Shown here: positions 36,410 through 48,000 of the stretch, piece after piece
Layout of the letters: the number at the start of each line of letters is the position of its first letter
How positions within the stretch are numbered: the stretch's first letter is position 1
From: Octopus vulgaris
Taxonomy: Eukaryota
Assembly: GCA_951406725.2 (NCBI GenBank)
Contig: OX597821.1
Span: forward strand, 113,522,001 to 113,586,000
DNA length: 64,000 nucleotides
Direction of reading: 5' to 3'
Notes under the pieces: model-generated
Told to the model about the DNA's origin: nothing
The model's database searches: none
What the model saw: the letters and a program-made list of their open reading frames with translations, nothing else
Made by a program: the position numbers and the translations under genes

Positions 36410-37709
36410 GTTGGCACTTAGCTCAGTGATAATGTGACCTCGACAGTTAAAGTTCTACACCTGACCAGCAGATGTCTCTACCTGCAGCTGTTCAATTTTG
36501 AAACTACTCTGCCCCCGCCCCCTCCCACTACAGCTGCTGCTGCTGCTCTCTGTCAACAGCTGTTCCCTGTACATTTAACAATCAAACAAACTTTACCCTG
36601 GGTTTTTTTTTTTTTCCTTTTTTGGCAAGGCTTTAGGGCAGGGTTAAATGAAGACGTGGAATAGCTTTAATATGGCCAGAGAGAGAGGAGAGAGAGAGAG
36701 AGAGATTGATTGATTGATTGATTGATTGAGGGAGAGATTGAGACAAAAGGAGAGGGAAAGAGATATGCAATATATAATCTACTTTGGCCTGTTAAGTCTA
36801 AAATCACAGGAACCTTAAAACAGTTTACCTTAAGGGTGTCAACACTAACAGAATCACTAAAGGAACAAAATAAATTTTCAAAAATAGATGAAAATAAAAG
36901 AAAAAATTTCACAAGAAAAAAAAAATTGAGATTTACAACACTTTTTTTTTTCTCTCTCTTTTATCATGATTTTCTTTCTCTCTGAAATCAAACAATTCTT
37001 TCTTGTAATTCTGCCATTTCTGTATTTTAAACTCTTGCCTCTTCCATATACTTTTTTTTTTCTTTCTCATAGAGAACTAGATCCATAGTCTCTGGATTGT
37101 GATATGAAAAAGTGATGTTTCCTGCAAAATCAAATTTTTATGGATTTGAACATGTACATTTGTGTGTATGTCAATACACATATGAATGTGTGTGTGTGTA
37201 TTTGTGTTTATATGCGTGTTAGTGGGGGGGTGTATCTGTGTTTATATGTGTGTTTGTAGGTGTCTGTGCACGTGTGCAAGAGTGCATGCATTTGCAGATT
37301 TACCATAAAATTGGACAGATTTTATCAGATCAGAAACTTTTTATTTATTATTCTTATAAGCTTCACTATATTCCAGTATTCTGTATTCTACCATAAATCT
37401 GAAAATAGTAGGAATTTACCCATGTGTCTATTATTTCTGTTAATTTATAGACAAAAACCAACTTTTCTGACCTTACTTGATATACATTTTCCCTGTCCAT
37501 TGTTGTTGATGTTGTTGTTGTTGTTGATGCTGAGTATTTCTTACAAAGTTATAAAGTTTGAGATTTAAGTGATGGAAAATGGCAGATGTGACATTCATGC
37601 CTTTCCACTAGATATTAGTGAATAAGTGGAGTGAAAGTTAAAAGCATTCAAAGCAGGAATAGAAATTGAGTCACATGCCTAGATTTTTAGGAACTCACTC
37701 CAACAGGGA

Positions 37710-38402
37710 TTGTTATTATTATTGTTATTATTATCATTAAGTCAGCGAGCTGGCAGAATTATTAGCATGCTGGATGAAATGCTTAACAGTATTTTGCCCA
37801 TCGCTATGTTCTGAGTTCAAATTCTGCTGAGGTCGACTTTGCCTTTCATCCTTTTGGGGGCCAATAAAATAAGTACCAGTTGAACACTGGGGTCAATGTA
37901 ATTGACTCACCCCCTCCCCTCAAAATTGCTGCCCTTGTGGCAAAATTTGAAACCATTATTATTATTATTATTATTATCATTATTATTTAAGGCAGCTAGC
38001 TGGCAGAATCGTTAGTATGCTGGATGAAATGCTTAGCGGTATTACACCCGTCTCTATGTTCTGAGTTCAAATTCTGCCATTTCATCCTTTTGGGGTCAAT
38101 AAAATAAGTACCAGTTGCATACTGGGGTCATTGTAATTGACTTGTCCCCCCCTCCCACCACAAAATTTCAGGCTGTGTGCCTTTATTAGAAGGGATTATT
38201 ATTTCAGGTGGTGAGCTGACAGAATTGTTAACAACCCCAGACAAAATGCTTAGCGCCATTTCATTTGCCTTCATGTTCTGAGTTCAGATTCCACCAAGGT
38301 CAACTTTGCCTTTTGTTCTTTCGAGATTGATGAAATAAATACCAGATGAAATCAACTAGCCCCCTCCTTCCAAATTTGAGGCCTTGTGCCTTTACTAGAA
38401 AG

Positions 38403-38433
<31 letters not shown>

Positions 38434-38831
38434 GGCCAGACATTTCTTTTGGTTTTACATTCAGAGTTCAGATTTCACCGAGTTCAGTTTTGCCTTTCAT
38501 CATTTTGGGGTCTTTAAATCAAGTGCCATTTGGGCACTGGGGTTGATGTAATTGACTTGCCCCCTCCCCCAAAATTTCAGGTCTTGAAGGGATTATAATA
38601 ATAATTATTATTATTATTATTTTTATTGTTGAAGAATCCTTAGCTTTGCTGAGCTAAATGGCATTTCATCTGTCTTTAGGTTCTTAGTTGAAATTCTGCC
38701 AAAGTCAACTTTGCCTTTCACCCTGTCGGGGTTGATAAATTAAGTACCAGTGAAACACTGGGGTTGATATAACCAACTAGTCCCTTTCCCTCAAATTTCA
38801 GGCCTTGTGCCTATACTAGAAAGGATAATTA

Positions 38832-38865
<34 letters not shown>
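37710..38865 (+). mobile_element. Tandem cluster of ~5-6 SINE family B copies downstream of the OSBPL9 stop
   Basis: Head-to-tail copies, each ending in (ATT)n. Confidence 0.85.
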
Positions 38866-38866
<1 letters not shown>

Positions 38867-40804
38867 CATATTGAAAATCAATAAATCAGAAATAACAATC
38901 ATTGATTGGATGAAGTTATAGTAATTGAAATTATTGGATATGTATTCCTACTTCAGACACATTGTTTTTTATGCTCCAGGGTCAGATAAATAATTAAACT
39001 TGCCTGTGTCTTCATCATGCTTCATTGTGATACAGCTTTTTCTTGGGGGTGGGTGGGGAGCGTGGTTTATTATATTAAAAAAAAAAAAATTCATGAACAA
39101 ATTGACTGATGATGATTTATGGTTAATCTGATATTTGTTCAGAGTATTTTCTACCTTTTTTTTTTTATGTTGTTTAGAATTTTAAATTATTAAAATCCTT
39201 GAAAGATTCATCTTGTTGTTTTTGGCTGGTAGACAAATAATCTGTCTCATAGTTTATGGTTTAATCTACCACTTGTTCATTTAATTCATTTAGTAGGGAT
39301 CAATCTGTAAACAGTGGGCCTACTCTCTGTTTTTGCTCTTAGGATAATTCTTTCCATTAGTCTTGGAAGTTCCTGGAAATGGTTACAGCTGTTGCTTTTG
39401 ATTTTTACATTAAGACATTTAAAAAAAGGAGAGAAATTATGTAAAATTTTAACTAGATTAAATATTCGTATTTTCTCTTAAAATGTGAAATATTTTTAGT
39501 TCATAAAAGTTCCACATTTTAACACACACACTTTTATAACATATTTAAGCTACTCTTGTGACCTGTTACTCTGGAGTTTCCATGGTGTACATCCACTGGG
39601 TCCAGTCTGATTTGCCCAAAGAAACTACTGCACATCTTGGAAACTACAACGTAACAGTACACTGGACCAGTTTAAATAAACTAATACACTCTACATTTGT
39701 ATTGAGTACTTCTTCCCCAGATCATTACCCAACAACTAATATATTCTCACAGACTCGATATTGTAGATCCGTTACAGCCTATCTTACCAATCAGTTTAGC
39801 ACCAGATATTAGGTATTCAGATGATTATCTAATAACTTGGCTCATCAAAGATGGCAAGTATGGAAAAAATGGTGACTGCTCTATCTTTATATATATATAT
39901 ATATAATATCAGCGTTATTCATTGGCGTTGTTTTCCTTTAATTTACAGTCTATGATTAAACCTATGTTGGCAATTTCTTTCACGATGATATATTTTCCTG
40001 GTCTTCATTTCTTTACTTCAGAGAAACAGTAAAACCTCTAAAATTAAAAACTAAACCATGCACTATAAAGAAAAATATTTTACTTCAGTTTCTACTTAAA
40101 CATTATTAGCATCATGGTTTTGTTTTTTATTTATTAATAATCACCAAACATTAAGTTCATTGCTTATCTTTACATTTTAGTTAGTTAACCCTTTCGTTAC
40201 CAACCTGGCTGAAACCAGCTCTGAGTACAAAGGTCTTGTTTTGATAAGTTTTGAATTAAAATCTTCCACAAAATCTTAGTCAGAATTTATGTTCCTAACA
40301 CTAGCTGAATGATAACTAAGTTATTTTTCTAAATTCTTTGTTATATTTAAGATTAATTGAAAGAAATACAAAGCATCTCAACAGGAATACGGTAACGAAA
40401 GGGTTAAAGAATTTTTTTAAATATTAAAGATATCAGCAACAGTGTTTTATGCCTTCCATTGAAATATTTCTGTTTTCCATTTATCTTCAGCACTGTGTCT
40501 TATTTGGAATAATAATTTAGGAATTAAGAACCATGGATCTGCTTGTGTAGCATTGGTAATTTTAAGAGAACTCAAGAGATTGAGATGCTTCACTCCTCTT
40601 GATTATTTCCCTTTTTGGTTCTTTCTGGGTTTTTTTCTTCATGCTTTAGCGGTTTGCTTCCCAACCACATGGTCTTGAGTTCAGTTCCACTGTGTGGTCA
40701 TATGACAGACAAGTGTCTTCTACCGTAGCCTGAAGCTGACCAAAGCTTTGTAAGTCTACCTAGTAGATGGCACCTGAAAGAAATCCATTGTATGTGTGTA
40801 CACA

Positions 40805-40845
<41 letters not shown>

Positions 40846-40932
40846 GAATTTACAAAAAAAACGAAACAAAAGAAGACAGGTGTGTAAACAACAAACAGGT
40901 ATAATAGTTTAACGCTTGGGAAGTGAGAAAGT

Positions 40933-40968
40933 CTTTTACATTTCGAGCCTATGCTCTTCAACAGAAAG
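40933..40968 (-). ncRNA. Hammerhead-like motif with variant core CTGTTGA
   Basis: Minus strand CTTT-CTGTTGA-A-GAGC(ATAG)GCTC-GAAATGTA-AAAG. A decayed copy of the same repeat lies at ~6648-6750 (+). Confidence 0.5.
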
Positions 40969-42112
40969 GAACACAGAAATAAACAGAAAGAAAATAAAAA
41001 ATGGTTTAGTGGCTGGCAATCAATCATGGTGAATGCCGCACAATATGTTTGTGTGTGTGACTGCATGTCTTGTATCTCCTTGTCATGACATCATGTGATA
41101 GTTGTAAATGAGTGTCCCTGTCATACAAGCAGTGTTATTCATTTCCAATATTCTGCAAAAATGTGCCTGGCCATGGGGGAATATTACCTTGTTTGGAAAC
41201 AGGCGAGGGTTAGCAATAGGAAGGGCATCCAACCATAGAAAATCTGCCTCCATAAACTCTCCTGCCTATGCAAGCATAGGAAAGCAGACATTAAGATGAT
41301 GCTGACCGATTGAATGTCATCTTATGAGGCCTAATTGAAATTGAAGATAAGGCTTGAAGGTTGGGCTTAACACAGGAGAGTTCAAGGTCCCATGGAAGTT
41401 GGTGCAAGCTTATCTAAAGACCATATCTTTGAAGACATCATTTATTGTCTGTTTTCCATGCTGGCATAGGTTGGATGGGTTGATGGATTGGTAAGCTGGA
41501 GGATTGTGCCAAGTTCCAATGCCTGCTACTTTGGCATGGTTTCTTTTATAGCTGGAGACCCTTCCCAACAAGGCTAATAAAATAAAATATCAAGGACATA
41601 GTTGTTTATGATATTTCATTTTATGAGGACGGCAGGCTGGCTGGATCATTAGCATACTGGACACAATGCTTAGTGACATTTCATCTGTTTCAACTTCCAC
41701 CCAGGTAGACGTTACCTTTCAACTTTTCGGGCTCAATAAAATAAGTACCAGTTGAGGGGACAGTATAATTGACTTATCCCTCTTCTAAAATTGCTGGTCT
41801 TGTGCTAAAATTTGAAACCAATTTATTTCATTTTATGTGGGGTGTGTTAGGAGACAAAAACAAAAGCTAAAAACGTGTCGCAAATGTATTTGGGTAGCAA
41901 TTTTTTCAGCACTGTTTAGGGTATAAATTTGTGTCATAGCAACTTGTAGCTGAGAGTTTATGGTTTGCAGGTTTGTTGAGGCTTAGATAGTTAGGCTTAC
42001 TGCAACAGGAATAATTTTAATGGGGAATAAGATATTGTAGTAACGAGAAGGGGAGGTGTTATAAATGAGGACCAAACTAACCAGTAAAAAACAAAAAAAA
42101 AAAAAAAAACAC

Positions 42113-42925
42113 AAGTGGCTGTGTGCTAAGAAGCTTGCTTCCCAACCACATGGTTCTGGGTTCAGTCCCACTGCTTGGCACCTTGGGCAAGTGTCTTCTG
42201 CTATAGCCTCAGGCCAACCAAAGATTTGTGAGTGGATTTGGTAGACAGAAACTGAAAGAAGCCCGTCGTATATATTTGTATTTTTGTGTATGTGTTTGTC
42301 CCCACCACCATCGCTTGACAATTGATGTTGGTGTGTTTCTGTTCCCCTAACTTAGTGGTTCAACAAAAGAGGCCGATAGAATAATCATTAGGCTTACAAA
42401 GAAGAAGTCCTGGGGTCGATTTGTTTGATTAGAGGTGGTGCTCCAGCATGACTGAAACAAGTAAAAGGACAATGTTTTATGTTTTTCTTTTTCCATAAAT
42501 GTTACCTTGACACTGTAATGTCTTTTAGACTATTAAAACAATTAATTGTATTTGTAAAAGTAAATGTAACGAATTTATCATAGGCATGAGCATGGCTGTG
42601 TGGGTTAAAAGGCTCACTTTGCAACCACATGGTTTTCGGTTCAGTCCCACTGCATGGTACCTTGGGCAAGTGTTTTCTCCTATAGACTCTGGACTGTGAG
42701 TAAATTTGGTTGATGGAAACTGTGGAAGCTCATTTTGTGTGTGTGTTTGTATTTGTCTTCATCTGCCACTACTTAACAACTGGTGTTGGTTTGTTTATGT
42801 CCTTGTAACTTTGCAGTTCAGCAAAAGAGACTAATAGAGGATGTACCAGACTTTAAAAACAATACTGGGATTGATTGTTCAGCTAAACCTTTCGAGGCAG
42901 TGCCCCAGCATGGCCGTAGTCCAAT
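42113..42925 (+). mobile_element. Two tandem SINE family A copies (42113-42466, 42582-42925)
   Basis: Two heads and two tails in the same orientation. Confidence 0.8.
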
Positions 42926-43448
42926 GAGCAAGACCTGAAATTTCTTCATCATTTCATTCTCATTTTAATCCTAACAATCTTCAGTTTGAGTTGGAATGCA
43001 TCTAACCGTTTTGTTTCCACATTTTTGTTGAAATACTCTGTCTGTATTACAATTAATTTTGAAAATAACAAACAATTTATTTTAAATATTTTTGTCATCA
43101 TTAATCTAATATTTAGATCATAAATTAACTCAAAATTTTAAGATCATTCTACTACAATTCTTTTTTTTTTTTTTTGTTGATCATAGAACCAGGTTCAATT
43201 TAAGGTGGGTTCATATCAAAAGGGTTGAGCTGTAATCTGTTCATGCATTTAAGTTTGGAGATAGTTTCTCTCTGTCAAACTGATTTTCTACATGAAAATG
43301 AAAGGTTTTTTTTTTTTTTTGATGCAATTTAGCCTGAGGTTGGTGTTGATCAAACACATCTTTGTTTAAGAACATTCCAGCCATGACCATCCCACATTTC
43401 CAGAGATGCACACCATTTATCCCCAGCTACACTATCCAATCTGTGCTT

Positions 43449-43663
43449 TTTAAACCTTTTAACATTCAAATTACTCTGTCAAATGTATTGTTTCTTTATT
43501 CACATTGTTTTGAATTAATCTTGCATTATCTCATAGCTTCAAAACTTTGATGATGTGATTGTCTATTTTTAGAATGACATTGTAAGGTAGGTGTGAGAAG
43601 CTAGATCTGGCTGGTTTGAACATAAAACAGAATATTTTGGCCACTTCAAAGCGAAAGGGTTAA
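43449..43663. mobile_element. Second TTAA-flanked MITE family; copies ~9180-9407, ~47240-47415, ~47483-47900
   Basis: TTAA-CC(C)TTTA.CATT...AAAGGG-TTAA termini. Confidence 0.65.
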
Positions 43664-44576
43664 ACATTTTTTTTTTTTTTGGTAACCAATGTTTCTTTTA
43701 AGGCATTACACTTTACAAGAGGAATTCTGATTATTAATAGAAATTTTTTAAAATGAGTTCACATAACAAATATATCATTAGATTTAAGATATATCTCATT
43801 AACCTTAATACACACACCATCGTCATCATTGTTTAACGTCCGTTTTCCATGCTAGCATGGTTCGACCGGGGTCTGGGAAGCCAGGAAGCTGCACCAGGCT
43901 CCCGTCTGATCTGGCAGTGTTTCTACAGCTGGATGCTCTTCCTAACGCCAACCACTCCATGAGTGTAGTGGGTGCTTTTTACGTGCCAGGTGAGGTGGCG
44001 CTGGCATCGACTACGTACGGATGGTGTTTTTATGTGCCACCAGCACAGGTGCCTGGGGAGGCTGGCAACAGCCACGATCAGCTGGTGGTTTTTACGTGCC
44101 ACCGACACGGAAGCCAGTCAAGGCGGCGCCATCATTTAATGTCCATTTTCCATGCTGGCATGGGTTGGACAATTTGACAGGAGCTGGTAAGGCTAGGAGC
44201 TCCAATTGTCTGTTTAGGCATGGTTTCTATGGCTGGATGCACTTCCTAACAACAACCACTTTACAGAGTGCACTGGGGGCATTTTACACTCACACATACA
44301 CATAAGTTATTTCATTGCTTCAATACTGGCTGATTTTTGAGATTAGCAAATTTTGTACTCAGATTTTGTATTTTATTTTACTCAACCCGGTGTCCTAATC
44401 TTGCTTATTATTATGTAGTCACAATATCTTGAACGTTGTGCTATGTCACATTCTTCAGATGCTGGTCATATTTGGTAACATTCTTGGAATTTCAAACTGA
44501 CCCCTTTCTTTGAAACACCCGGTTATTATTCTCATTTGGTGATTCCACTTGCTTGTTGTTTAAACATCATCATTTC

Positions 44577-45008
44577 ACAGTTCTATATTTAAGAGATGAG
44601 GAATTATTTACATTTGACGGATATTTGTCTTCATCTTGTTTGTTGTTAACACAACGTTTCAGCTGATATACCCTCCAGCCTTCATCAAGTGTCTTGGGGA
44701 AATTTCAAACCTGGATTCTCATTCCTAAGGTATTTTTCGATGTTATTATTATTCAGGTCACTGCCTGGAATCGAACTCGGAATCTTGGGCCCATGGATAT
44801 ATGGTGTAGCGGTTAAGAGCCCAGGTTACTAACTCCAAGATTCTGAGTTTGATTCCAGGCAGTGACCTGAATAATTATAATAATAGTAATAATAATAACA
44901 TGGAAAAATACCTTAGGAATGAGAACCCAGGTTTGAAATTTCCCCAAGACACCCGATGAAGGCTGAAACATTGTGTTAACAACAAACAAGATGAGAACAA
45001 ATATCTGT
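44577..45008. mobile_element. Palindromic tRNA-headed hammerhead element (copy 2)
   Basis: Same left terminus ACAGTTCTATATTTAAGAGATGAGG and same inverted architecture as 3796-4300, with internal deletions. Confidence 0.85.
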
Positions 45009-48000
45009 TTTCCATGGGCCGGATAGTATAACAGGATCTGATAAGTTGGAGAATTATGTCTTGAGCCAAAGTCTCATTTTTGTCCTGGTCCCTATAGTTG
45101 GATGCCATTCCTGAGTGTACTGGGGTCTTTTCCTTTCTTTTAGTATCAGCACTTGAGCGATTATCTTGTTCTCAGCAAAACAAAAGAACTCTCTCAAACC
45201 CTGTCTTGTCACAGCTTGCTTCAATTTACCAATCACTTAGAATGTTTGGAGTGCTGATGTGTTCTTGGTAGTGCCATCCCTAATAGGGTCACTTCGTAGC
45301 TTACAAGGTGATAGAAAGCCCCCATGGCTGAAAAAATACAAATTAAAACATAATGTATTTTGTTCTCAGTATTTACATAAAACATTTTTCCCAGAGAAAT
45401 TGCCATCTCTTGCGTTGTGTCTAAATGTCATTTGGAATGGCAAAGACAGTTTATCTTGGCAATGAATACCATTCTACAAAAGTAGAATGGTTTACCCACC
45501 AGAGTAAACCAATTTCAATTCTTGTTTGTAGGATGAAGTGTTTCGTTTGACAACTTTCCTGATACCTTTTAAGAATACCATGAACATCACAGAATTTCTT
45601 TCCTCCTCCCTTATGAAAAAAAAATCAAAGGCTTTATAGCTTTGTAAGAAATTATTGCTTTATAAAATTCAGTCAGTAAAGCAGTGGAGCAAATACAGAA
45701 ACACGCACATTCACTGACCCAGGTTTTGAACTCACACCCACCATCTAAACTGCAACGCTTAATGTTTATATTGACTATAATACTGTACCACAGGACAATT
45801 AGGTAATGGTAATTAGGGGCTTTAAATTTATGTGGGGTTGTGTGGTTAAGAATTTTGCTTCCCAACCACATGGTTCCAGGTTCAGTCCCACTGTGTAGCA
45901 CCTTGGGTAAGTGTCTTCTACTCTAGCCCTGGGCCGACCAAAGCCTTGTGCATAAACAAAAACTGAAAGAAATCCATTGTGTGTTAGTATCTCCTTGTCT
46001 TGAAATTGCATGTTAGTTGTAAAGGAGCACCACTGTTATACAAGTGGGTGCCTTGTTTTTCAATCTTCCATGAAAACATATCTGACCATGGGGAAAATAT
46101 TCCCTTACTTGGAAACAGGTGAGGGTTGGCAACTGGAAGGGCATCCTGCCATGGAAGATCTGCCTCAATAAACTTTAACCAACCCATGCTAGCATGGAAA
46201 AGTAGATGTTAAATGTTGAAAATGATAAGTCTTAGACTTAATGTTCTATCTTTCATATTTAAAAGCCCTAATATGTTGTTACTTTCTATGCTAAACCCTT
46301 TAAAAATTTTGAGAACTTTACTGACAACAGGGAGCTGAAGACAGTCCCTGGCTATAGAAGTCAAAACATAGATCTTACAACCAAAATGAGAGTGCTACTC
46401 TGAAGAATTTTATGTGTTAATAATGGCTCATTACTGTTTCATGTCATGTGGGTGTTTGGCTCGATCTTAATGCCACGAGTACCATTCCTGGAAACGGGCA
46501 CCACATTGTGACCTTGAGCAAGGTACTTCATCTAACAATGCTCCAGGGAGAGAGAGAGAGAGTTGCACCAGCTGGTGTAATTCTCTCTCCCTCCAGATGT
46601 CCCCTCTTAGATGTGAAGTTGGGGCAAAGGGCAGGAGGATCGAGAGGCTGTCGATGTGTGCTCATGACTATACATGCACTTAAAATACTGAAACAATTAG
46701 TAAAAGCAGAAAGTATGATACATGTCAGCAAGCCGTAAAAGCTTACAAGTGACAACTGGCTCTTTTAACTGTTAGAGATTACAATTTCACTCCTCAGAAA
46801 TATCTTATTTGACCTGAAGGTTCTTTGAAATAAGGATGCAAAATTTAAACTTCTCTACTTCTTTAAGAGACAATAAGTTTGTCTATTTCTTGTGATGTAT
46901 AAAACACACACATGTCTAATTTAATTTTAAAATTTATAGAGCATGAATTATTAAAATCTTTAGAATTGTTCATGTGGAAATTGTTACAGTATATGATTTC
47001 TTGTAAAATTACTCTTAGAGAGATTCTTCAAATTGTTACAAGAAAGGTATTTCACTAATAAAATACCACATTTTGTTTCCAATGAAAAGTAAGTACCGAC
47101 TTGAAAATGGTTTTCTCTTTTTCAAATCAATGTAAACTGTTAATAAAATTTATTAATATTATTCAGTGTTTTGTGTCAAAACTTTTATTCTTTCTCTCGT
47201 GAAATTATGAAAAATAAAAAAAAAAGAAAAAAGAAGCATTTTAATCTTTAAGCATCCTGGTTATTCTGTCAAATGTAATTGTTTTATTTTATGTAATTGT
47301 TTTATTTTAGAATAATATTGTAGGGTAAATGTGAGAAGCTGGATATGGCAGGTTCCAATCAATATAAAACAGAATATTTGGACTGGATGTGGCTAGTTTG
47401 AATGTTCAAGGTTTAATTATGTTAAAGTAATATTTGTTGTGTTAGTATTGCTTTTTTTTTATTGAGAAAATTGGAGGTCTGGTTTAACCCTTTAGCATCT
47501 AAACTAACCATATTTGGCCCAAAGGTTCTACCTGTTTTGTACTCAGAATGGCCAGATTCCAACTTTCACATTTACCTTACAATCATCACCATCAATATCT
47601 GTTTTCCATGCTGGCATGGGTTGGACAACTTGACAGGAATTGGCAAGGCCAGGAACCGCACCAGGTTCCATAGTCTGTTTTGGCATGGTTTCTACAGCTT
47701 CATGCCTTTCCTAATGCCAACCACTTTACAGAGTGTACTAAGAACCTTTTACATGGCACCAACACCAGTGCTTTACAATGTCATACTAAAAATAAACAAT
47801 AATATTGAAATCTCAAAGCTATGAGATAAAGTATGATAAATTCAAAACAACCTAATAAATAAGCAAATCACTTGACAGAGTAATTTGAACGGTAAAGGAT
47901 TGAGGCAAATTTCATTTTAGCCTGAATAAACAGAATATCCAGTAAAGGTTACATTTCATTTTAATCCTTTTCGTTTGTTACTGTATTTCTGTTGAGATGC

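Noticed and set aside
36407-36421. Stop-codon readthrough or selenocysteine at the OSBPL9 TGA
   Set aside because: Context is TGA-G rather than TGA-CTAG, an in-frame TAG follows four codons later, and no SECIS was recognised.
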